64,000 nt of DNA from a virus (lineage: Duplodnaviria; Heunggongvirae; Uroviricota; Caudoviricetes): positions 64,001 to 128,000 of the IMG/VR virus record IMGVR_UViG_3300029305_001878; one strand, 5' to 3'. Each line of letters opens with the position of its first letter. Position 1 is the stretch's first letter. Of the stretch, positions 57,179 to 64,000 are shown one piece after another. Under the pieces are notes generated by a model. The model did no database searches, had not been told where the DNA came from, and saw nothing but the letters and a program-made list of their open reading frames with translations. A program made the translations under genes and the position numbers.

Positions 57179-57211
57179 CCAATAGCAAAGTAATTATAAT
57201 CTTTTTTAATC

Positions 57212-57670
57212 TTACTACCCGTTGTGCGGAGCACAACACAATACCTGCGCTCTCTCTTGCTCTTCCTTTAACAACTTATTTCCAATAGCAAGTCCATTCT
57301 TTATAAGTTCACTTGCCTTCTGCGCTAATACCTCAATATTCAAAAATTCTTCCTTACTTAATTGTGGCGCGTCCTTCATAGTATATGTATATTCTTTTTC
57401 ATCTGCATTTGCGCTCGTGTTCCTGTATGTATTTAAACGCACATAAGGAATCTGCATATTATAAATCTTAATTCCACCATCATTCCTACAATGACCTGTT
57501 ATATTATTATTTCGCACTAACGTAGGATATCCTTCTACTGTAGGAAAGTCTTTTATTACATAATATGAATTGCTATCGCAAGTCATTCTTTCGAACTGTT
57601 CTCTTGTTACTACATACACATCTTTATTACTATACTTACCAATTAATCCACTACTATTTGCAATATCCAT
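57212..57670 (-). CDS. hypothetical protein (152 codons; TAG as penultimate codon, then TAA)
   Basis: ORF 57215..57670 ends in TAG 57215-17, followed in frame by TAA 57212-14. AT-rich. Confidence 0.4.
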
Positions 57671-57776
57671 TTTTCAATTCAACTTTCTATTTCAATTTTT
57701 GGATTGAAAATCCATTTTGGATTTTCAATCCAATTTTCTATTTTAATTATACCATAATTTTTTAAATAAATCAACT

Positions 57777-58010
57777 TTATAATGTAAACATATTATTTTC
57801 TAATAAACTATCCAATTTTTTCATTTCATTTTCTACAATATAATCATATCTAGTAACCGTATCATTAGGATCATAAACTAATACCGTCTCAAATGTATCC
57901 ATATTAATATATACATCTTTAGCCCTATAATATCCATTTTTTGATAAAAGTTTATCTCTAAATTCTTCTTCTGTTACTCTCTTTAAACAAATTCTTGTTT
58001 CAATGCTCAC
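57777..58010 (-). CDS. hypothetical small protein (77 aa)
   Basis: Intact ORF with TAA stop. Confidence 0.4.
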   Translation of the reverse strand: MSIETRICLKRVTEEEFRDKLLSKNGYYRAKDVYINMDTFETVLVYDPNDTVTRYDYIVENEMKKLDSLLENNMFTL

Positions 58011-58335
58011 TATAATATCTCCAATTCAACTCTATTAATATCTTCTTTAGATATTCCTCTTCAGTATCTCCTTTATTCCATTCTACTCCATAATCTTTTC
58101 CTATCATTTTAACTATATGCTTTGGTATTTCCATTATTTATATCTCCCCGTATAGAAAAAATAAATGATATTGAGACGAGCGAAGCGAAGTCGATTATAT
58201 CATTTATTTTTTCCAATAATTATTTAGTCGTTTCTTTATTTAGTATTATTTAGATAATCTATGATTTTTTACCTAAAAGTATATGGAAGCATCTATGAAA
58301 TTTTACCTAAAAGCGTGTAGATAAAATTACCTACC

Positions 58336-58968
58336 TCACTTTTTTATATAATCGAAACTAAATTTTGTAAGTTTCTTTTTCTATTGCTACCCATTAAAAT
58401 ATTCACAATAATCTATTAAACCTGAATTACATAATAAATCTAACGCATTATTAACAATAGAATATCCGCGTGTATTATTCTTTACTCTAATACCTATATG
58501 ATTACCTAATTCTTCTAAATTAAATTCATACTAACGACCCTAACTTAACGCATACTTATATCTCTATCCTAAATAAATATAAATCTTAAATATATGTTCT
58601 CGGCAATTATCTTTTAAATACTATATAGTATCCAAAGGAATATAAAAGAACATACTTTCCATCTCTGGTAAAATATAATCTCCTTCTTCGGTTAATATTA
58701 CATATCCTTTTTCAATTAAATAATTCAAATGTGCTCTTAATGTTTTAGGACTTTTAATTCCTAATTTTTCACACACAATAGATTGTTTTGGAAATTTATC
58801 TTTATATACAATAGTATAATGATTACCTTCATCATCTTTTAAACCCATTGATATCTACTGCAAATAAGCATAAAGTTCTCCATCTATGTTTTTATCATTT
58901 AAAAAAGTTAAATAATCTAAACCAGTATCAGCAGGAAATCTTTTTGATATAGTTTTATCATCCAAAAT
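58336..58968 (-). CDS. double winged-helix protein (replication-initiator / regulator-like, ~200 codons) with at least 7 in-frame TAG
   Basis: ORFs 58855..59037 and 58621..58848 are co-frame. The frame was translated on through TAGs at 58855, 58621, 58564, 58540, 58531, 58387 and 58381 to TGA 58336-38. The second HTH-like segment is ELGNHIGIRVKNNTRGYSIVNNALDLL. AGGAGG RBS ~58969-74. Confidence 0.4.
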
Positions 58969-59029
58969 CATACACCTCCTACTATACTTAAAACTTAAAT
59001 AGGTAAAATTTTTCCATTTTACCCAAAAT

Positions 59030-59200
59030 ATAACCAACTATTAAATTTTACCTTTTTGTATTACAAAATTCTTATCGGCAACTATTAAAAATTACCTACA
59101 AATTTCAAATAAAAATAGGGAACTATTAAAAATTACCTCGTTTTTTTACCTATTTTGTTTCCCACTTAACATTTAGAGCCAACTATTAAATTTTACCTTT
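59030..59200. repeat. four direct repeats CAACTATTAAA(A/T)TTTACCT plus additional TTTTACCT copies (also at 58262-58340)
   Basis: Copies at ~59034, 59081, 59121 and 59183. These iterons flank gene 58336..58968. Confidence 0.55.
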
Positions 59201-59352
59201 TTTAATTAGATGTATAAAATTTTAACACAATTTTTAACATTTATCCAGATGTACAAAATTTTAACTTCTGGACTAACAATTACTAAATTGATTTTTAATA
59301 AAAAATATGATAAAATATATTTGTAAATAAAAAGAAATAAGGATGATATAGA

Positions 59353-59817
59353 ATGATTCATCTAAAACAATGTAAGACTTGCGGTTTTCGCATTAGCGAA
59401 TCGGGTAAGTGTAGACTAACCGGGCAGGTTAAACGGGAAACCGCATTTTGCGCCGACCACAATTATAACCCATCTATTTGTTCCAGATGTGGAGCATATA
59501 CTTTAAAACCAATTATTGAAGATAACAAAATCTACTGCCAGAAGTGCGCAGAAGAAATCGAATCTTGTATGGGCTGCGCCCATACAAACTGCGAATTTGA
59601 ACAAAATCCGTCACCAATTCCCAAATATATTCAAAAACAAATCCGTCAGGGGCCAATGATTAGTCAAATGACCGTAAAAAGTCAGAAAAGAATCGACGAA
59701 TTCTGCACAAAATGCATTTGCTGGAACGCTGAAATAAATGATTGCGGCAGGCAATTTAATTGGTGCGCTAATCACACTGACTATAGAAAGGAGATTATAA
59801 TCGAAGATGCTAACTAA
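59353..59817 (+). CDS. multi-CxxC zinc-finger protein (154 aa)
   Basis: AAGGATG RBS. At least 8 CxxC pairs. TAA overlaps the next ATG. Confidence 0.5.
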   Translation: MIHLKQCKTCGFRISESGKCRLTGQVKRETAFCADHNYNPSICSRCGAYTLKPIIEDNKIYCQKCAEEIESCMGCAHTNCEFEQNPSPIPKYIQKQIRQGPMISQMTVKSQKRIDEFCTKCICWNAEINDCGRQFNWCANHTDYRKEIIIEDAN

Positions 59818-60187
59818 ATGCCCTTTACCTTATTGCCAATATCCTGATTGTCCGTCAGGAAAAATTAGAAATTGCGGCCACCTACACGAAGACCTACTCG
59901 CAGAAGTAGTGGCCGAGCGCAATGAACTTCTAAATATTACACGACATACAGAACGCATTCTTAAAGATACTTTAAATCTTTATAAAGGAATTGCATTGAG
60001 CGAACCTGACTTCGATGCTTGTCCCTTCGGGCGCACTGATTGTATTAACAATCCTCAATATCGAAAAGAAACTGATTATAATGAATGGGCGGAGAATGAT
60101 TATCCTATGACCTGTTGGTATGTAGAAAATAATTATGTCTCCGTTGAAAAAGGTTATTGCGGTCACTATGACGATGAAGATAAGTGA
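59807..60187 (+). CDS. Cys-rich protein (126 aa)
   Basis: Translationally coupled to the preceding gene. TGA stop. Confidence 0.45.
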   Translation: MLTKCPLPYCQYPDCPSGKIRNCGHLHEDLLAEVVAERNELLNITRHTERILKDTLNLYKGIALSEPDFDACPFGRTDCINNPQYRKETDYNEWAENDYPMTCWYVENNYVSVEKGYCGHYDDEDK

Positions 60188-60196
60188 GGAAAATAA

Positions 60197-60409
60197 ATGG
60201 TTATGTTTAAAATTCATAATAATGCTTATATTAAATGGGATATAATTCGTGAAATTGAGATTAAACCTAACATTAATTTAGGAGAAGAATATCCTCACGA
60301 TATAGAAATAGATTTCATAGGCGGAGGGCACGACGTTTGGATGGTTGACGATGAATCCTTGGCTGAAATTTATAAACAATTAAATTCATCTACTATTCTT
60401 GGAGGATAA
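60197..60409 (+). CDS. hypothetical small protein (70 aa)
   Basis: GAGGAAAATAAATG RBS and TAA stop. Confidence 0.45.
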   Translation: MVMFKIHNNAYIKWDIIREIEIKPNINLGEEYPHDIEIDFIGGGHDVWMVDDESLAEIYKQLNSSTILGG

Positions 60410-60411
60410 TT

Positions 60412-60597
60412 ATGCCTAAATATGAAATTTTTGCCGGCATTTGGAACTTACACTCGCACGGCATTTATGAATATGACAATATTCACGAAGCGGAAAAAGA
60501 TGCCTATGAAAAAGCAATAGAAGAATATCATTCTTATGAGGGTTCTCACGGCATTCTTGACTATGATGAATGTTGCGAAGATGCTCGTGAATCTTGA
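60412..60597 (+). CDS. hypothetical small acidic protein (61 aa; the frame stays open 31 codons past the TGA to TAA 60692)
   Basis: GGAGGA RBS. Sequence after the TGA reads GCEDWTEEDFENFYNETIQLTIQYAVEEVSE. Confidence 0.4.
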   Translation: MPKYEIFAGIWNLHSHGIYEYDNIHEAEKDAYEKAIEEYHSYEGSHGILDYDECCEDARES

Positions 60598-60741
60598 GGT
60601 TGTGAGGATTGGACCGAAGAAGACTTTGAAAACTTTTATAATGAAACAATTCAATTAACTATCCAATATGCGGTAGAAGAGGTATCTGAATAATTTCTTA
60701 CTAAATATATTATATCATAAAAAGAAAGGAAAATCAACTAA

Positions 60742-61275
60742 ATGCGCACAGAGTATAAAGAAGTGTCTTGGCGGAATATGCGCCCGGGTGATATTATACA
60801 CCAATTCAAGTGCGGCAATAAAACCGCAATGGGAAGTTATAAAGTGTTAAGCGCAAACGTAGGAAATATTGTACTTCAATCTACATATCACGAAAACGCG
60901 ATTCCAGAAACTTATAATCCAGAAGAGTTCAAGTTGGTTATAGAATGTACTGAAGAGGAATTGCGCGAACGCTATCATAAGGCGGCGAGTGAGGCCGTTG
61001 AAGCGCTCAAAAACACAATCTCCCACGATGCTATTGGAGAACACGAAATGTGGAATGGTTGGCTTGGTGTAGACGCTTACGAATTCGCGCAAATTATTTC
61101 TAAAGAAGATTTTAAAATTATTGGTGTTTGTTATGATATTCCTATCAAACACGGTCTCTTTGATGATTTTGATATCGCTGTTGTAATTGAATACTCTGAT
61201 GGAGAAAGATTTTGGTGTCATTATAAATCTCAATGGTTATCTGATATCTTTAAAGATTGGGGTGCTAGTAAATGA
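60742..61275 (+). CDS. hypothetical protein (177 aa)
   Basis: AAAGGAAAA RBS. TGA overlaps the next ATG. Confidence 0.5.
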   Translation: MRTEYKEVSWRNMRPGDIIHQFKCGNKTAMGSYKVLSANVGNIVLQSTYHENAIPETYNPEEFKLVIECTEEELRERYHKAASEAVEALKNTISHDAIGEHEMWNGWLGVDAYEFAQIISKEDFKIIGVCYDIPIKHGLFDDFDIAVVIEYSDGERFWCHYKSQWLSDIFKDWGASK

Positions 61276-61745
61276 TGTTCTGGTTTGTTACTATTATACT
61301 TCTTGCTATCTTTTTTACCTGGGGTATTGTTCACAAAGAAAAAGATATTGAAGCGTATCTTTGTTTTATTCTTATTGCGCCATTTATTGGATTTATAGTC
61401 ACAAGTATTGGTTCACTAATTCTAATGCATAGTGCGCCGACCGCAATCATAACCGAAATTAATGAACCTATTGTTGAACTTGAAGATGGTATTTATGCCT
61501 ATTCTCAAAAAAATAGTGATTATTATTATGATGTTTTTACCGAAGATGAAAATGGTCTCCCACAAAAACGTACTTTTCATATTACACGGAATGATGTAAT
61601 TTATAGCAATAAGTATGAACCTACATATTATTATTGTGATAGAGATTATGAAGATGAAATTCTGCGCAAACTATTTTGGAAATGTAGTTGCGATGATGAA
61701 TTAAGAGTAATTCTTCCGCCCAATTCTTTAAAGGAGATTGATTAA
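61272..61745 (+). CDS. membrane protein (two N-terminal TM helices)
   Basis: ATGA overlap with the preceding gene. TAA, then terminator aaacctctttga…tcaaagaggttt. Confidence 0.5.
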   Translation: MMFWFVTIILLAIFFTWGIVHKEKDIEAYLCFILIAPFIGFIVTSIGSLILMHSAPTAIITEINEPIVELEDGIYAYSQKNSDYYYDVFTEDENGLPQKRTFHITRNDVIYSNKYEPTYYYCDRDYEDEILRKLFWKCSCDDELRVILPPNSLKEID

Positions 61746-61783
61746 ATATATAAAACCTCTTTGATAAAATCAAAGAGGTTTTA

Positions 61784-61812
61784 TTGATTTTTATAAAAAA
61801 ATATATTATAAT
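61784..61812 (+). promoter_or_regulatory. promoter cassette copy 1 (TTGATT-N17-TATAAT); identical 40-mers at 62715-62743 and 63761-63789
   Basis: TTATTGATTTTTATAAAAAAATAT(A/G)T(A/T)TAATATATATA occurs three times, each directly after a terminator hairpin. Confidence 0.55.
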
Positions 61813-61850
61813 ATATATACAAAGTAAAGATAAAGAAAGGAATTGAAACT

Positions 61851-62030
61851 ATGAATTGGAAAGATGCTGCTCTGTATTGTCGAAAGACCTTTGGTTCTCA
61901 CATTGACTGGGAAGAAGAATTCTTCGAGTGCCCTGAATGCGGCGAGCCCGTTTATAAGATCGATTGGGAAGACCACGACGATTGGAATATCTGCCCTATC
62001 TGCGAAATTGAGTGGGAGTGTGTTGAATGA
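61851..62030 (+). CDS. zinc-ribbon protein (59 aa; CPEC…CPIC)
   Basis: Conserved translation-initiation region GAAAGGAATTGAAACTATG. TGA overlaps the next ATG. Below the ORF-track size cutoff. Confidence 0.45.
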   Translation: MNWKDAALYCRKTFGSHIDWEEEFFECPECGEPVYKIDWEDHDDWNICPICEIEWECVE

Positions 62031-62350
62031 AACCTTATAATGAATTAGTTAAATCCTATAAATTTATTGAGTTCGATGATTTATGTGAACTGATTGGTGT
62101 AAAAAATGGTTTACGCTCATTTTGTTTTCCAGTAGAGCAAGGTAATGATACATTTGTTCCTATTCATTGTGATGATTATAGTCTAGAAGAATTGTATAAT
62201 GAATTGAATATTAATGATAATGACATTCTTTATACAAAATACTATGAAAAAAATTGGCGCGAACGATACAAAAATGAAATCAAACTCATTGAAACTCTGC
62301 GCGACACCTACGGCATTCGTGATACTGTATTGACTTATATTTCTTGGTAA
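62027..62350 (+). CDS. hypothetical protein (107 aa)
   Basis: Intact ORF with TAA stop. Confidence 0.45.
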   Translation: MKPYNELVKSYKFIEFDDLCELIGVKNGLRSFCFPVEQGNDTFVPIHCDDYSLEELYNELNINDNDILYTKYYEKNWRERYKNEIKLIETLRDTYGIRDTVLTYISW

Positions 62351-62353
62351 GGA

Positions 62354-62608
62354 GTGGTAAATATGATTAAGATGACTACTGCTAGTAAGGCTCGCGCTAA
62401 AACCGAGTTTGCACGAAGCATTGGAGAATATATTGAATCCTTTAACGAAGCAATTGAATACCGTACTTCTCGAGGGGAAGACCATATGAAAGCCCAGAAA
62501 GCACCTAAAATGAATATTGGACAGTGGAATATATTCCTTGATATGATTGAGAATGCGGGTTATCGCATTGTTAAGGATAATGATACTACAATTGATGTAT
62601 ATTGGTAA
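62354..62608 (+). CDS. hypothetical protein (84 aa)
   Basis: AAGGAGTGG RBS and TAA. Terminator ccgtggatg…catccacgg. Confidence 0.45.
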   Translation: MVNMIKMTTASKARAKTEFARSIGEYIESFNEAIEYRTSRGEDHMKAQKAPKMNIGQWNIFLDMIENAGYRIVKDNDTTIDVYW

Positions 62609-62775
62609 TTATGTTATTTGCTGAAATTGTCAGTGTAATCAGTTTTCTACTAATCCTTCTATTTGTTATTGTTAAATTTGTAAACCGTGGATGATTACAT
62701 CCACGGATTTTTTATTGATTTTTATAAAAAAATATATTATAATATATATAGAAGATAAGGAAAGGGAAATGAATA

Positions 62776-63024
62776 ATGGCTATTAAAATTTACAAGTGGC
62801 GATGTAAAGTCGCTGACCCTATGATTAATGAAGAGGGTGTCGCATCCAGTAGAGGATTAGTGGCAGCAGAAAGTTATACTGACGCCGTTGCTCGTGTATT
62901 TGAATATATGTGCTGTGGCAATGATGATGCAGTTTTTGATATTTATCTCGAATCTTGGGATACCGATATCCTTGGTATGGAAAAAGAAGTGCTGAAAGCA
63001 GTAGAGGAGGATCACATATTTTGA
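62776..63024 (+). CDS. hypothetical protein (82 aa)
   Basis: AAGGAAAGGGAAATG RBS and TGA stop. Confidence 0.45.
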   Translation: MAIKIYKWRCKVADPMINEEGVASSRGLVAAESYTDAVARVFEYMCCGNDDAVFDIYLESWDTDILGMEKEVLKAVEEDHIF

Positions 63025-63275
63025 CTACTAAATTTGTTCTTGCTGAGGATCCTCGTTATGGTGGAGAAGATATCCTCGGTATCTATTTTGATAGAGCAGA
63101 TGCCGAAGAAGCATTTTATGAAACCTGCGCTGACTGGGTTTATGAAACTATGATGACCGCAGACCCTCTCGATGTATTTGGTCTACCTGAATGGGATTGG
63201 AAGATTGACTATAAGTGGTTGATGGAAGATTGCGCTCGCACCTTAATTATCGTAGAGGTTCCTTGCTATGATTAA
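63021..63275 (+). CDS. hypothetical acidic protein (about 84 aa, TTG start after GGAGGA)
   Basis: The ORF-track entry 62955..63275 begins inside the previous gene. A TTG at 63021 lies 9 nt after GAGGAGGA. Confidence 0.35.
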   Translation: MTTKFVLAEDPRYGGEDILGIYFDRADAEEAFYETCADWVYETMMTADPLDVFGLPEWDWKIDYKWLMEDCARTLIIVEVPCYD

Positions 63276-63525
63276 ATACTATTGTATTACTGCATTTACT
63301 TCTTTCTGCGGTGAAGAAACAAATCATTATCTAGCAATTGAAAGCGATGATTGTCTTGATAATTATGACGCAGAAATTGATGATTGGGTTTGCGATAATG
63401 CTGAATCTTATTGGGATTATCACGAAGATGAATATGAATGTTTTGAAGATTATCTCGCTGAATGTTCTTGGGAAGAGTATGAGATATCTGAAGCAGAATA
63501 TATTTATTGTACAAAGGGTGAGTAA
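63268..63525 (+). CDS. hypothetical acidic Cys-containing protein (85 aa)
   Basis: Overlapping start. TAA overlaps the next ATG. Confidence 0.45.
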   Translation: MIKYYCITAFTSFCGEETNHYLAIESDDCLDNYDAEIDDWVCDNAESYWDYHEDEYECFEDYLAECSWEEYEISEAEYIYCTKGE

Positions 63526-63726
63526 ATGAACATCTTTAAAAATTGGTTTAATTCTTTTCTTTTGATTCTTTCTAATATGGGTGTCGTTTTTAGTCTATGC
63601 GGTGGTTTGGTGTATTCTGTAATTTTCATTTGTAATGCAAATCTGTTAGGTTTCGTTCTTTCCGGTTTTATCTCTGTTTTCTTGGCTTCTATTTTTAAGG
63701 CTATTAACGACAATTTGCCCATTTAA
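63526..63726 (+). CDS. small membrane protein (66 aa, 2 TM)
   Basis: Hydrophobic. TAA, then terminator gcctacctag…taggtaggc. Confidence 0.45.
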   Translation: MNIFKNWFNSFLLILSNMGVVFSLCGGLVYSVIFICNANLLGFVLSGFISVFLASIFKAINDNLPI

Positions 63727-63820
63727 TATATAAAGCCTACCTAGTTTTAGGTAGGCTTTATTGATTTTTATAAAAAAATATAGTATAATATATATATAAA
63801 AGTTGGAAGGAGTAAATAAA

Positions 63821-64000
63821 TTGGATAGAGATACCCTTGAAAATATGCCTATGGAACGGCTTGCCGAAGTCCATATGCTCATAAATACTATTTATAATGA
63901 AAGACAGGCTTCTCGTAAACAGAAACTTATTGAAAATCTATGTAAGGCTTATAATGACCTGCGTTGCGCTTATCCTGACCTGGGTTATTTCCCCATTAAT
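63821..64000 (+). CDS. hypothetical protein, 3'-partial (TTG start after GGAAGGAG)
   Basis: Open frame to the window end: LDRDTLENMPMERLAEVHMLINTIYNERQASRKQ…. Confidence 0.35.
   Translation, partial: MDRDTLENMPMERLAEVHMLINTIYNERQASRKQKLIENLCKAYNDLRCAYPDLGYFPIN

Noticed and set aside
1-64000. tRNA or suppressor tRNA genes
   Set aside because: I scanned for T-arm GTTCRANYC and anticodon-loop CT-CTA-A patterns in all non-coding stretches (45.9-46.3 kb, 54.0-54.3 kb, 56.1-56.3 kb, 56.95-57.1 kb) and found no cloverleaf-compatible candidate. The suppressor must be outside this window.

Overview
Partial genome of a tailed dsDNA phage or prophage of a low-GC Gram-positive (Firmicutes-like) host. 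The host inference rests on AGGAGG Shine-Dalgarno sites, consensus TTGACA-N17-TATAAT promoters and a dockerin module in a tail fiber. The window has two very different halves. (1) ~0.4-45.9 kb is an AT-rich morphogenesis module (~27-30% GC), read mostly leftward on the minus strand. Its order is: small terminase, large terminase, portal, scaffold/protease, two GC-rich capsid genes, neck genes, major tail protein, chaperones, a giant tape-measure ORF, a giant distal-tail/baseplate ORF, and a dockerin-bearing tail fiber. A LytTR regulator and a few moron-like genes sit at the left end. In this half the ORF track is fragmented because the genes carry many in-frame TAG codons. Adjacent fragments are co-frame and separated only by TAG, whereas TAA/TGA end genes and are followed by an RBS plus start codon for the next gene. 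This indicates amber-codon reassignment (genetic-code-15-like, probably TAG=Gln), with the required suppressor machinery encoded outside this window. (2) ~46.8-64 kb is an early region of about 40 small plus-strand genes. Each has its own near-consensus sigma70 promoter and an intrinsic terminator, and none contains TAG. 46.8-57 kb of this region is also GC-richer (GC estimated by eye, not computed). The early genes include a HAD-family phosphatase, a DEDDh 3'-5' exonuclease, two paralogous winged-helix proteins, many Cys-rich zinc-ribbon proteins, several candidate small RNAs, and dense families of direct and inverted repeats (iterons, palindromic operators, and duplicated promoter and translation-initiation cassettes). 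A minus-strand island at 57.2-59.0 kb inside the early region again uses TAG. No tRNA, rRNA or CRISPR array was found. Coordinates of merged TAG-containing genes are approximate.
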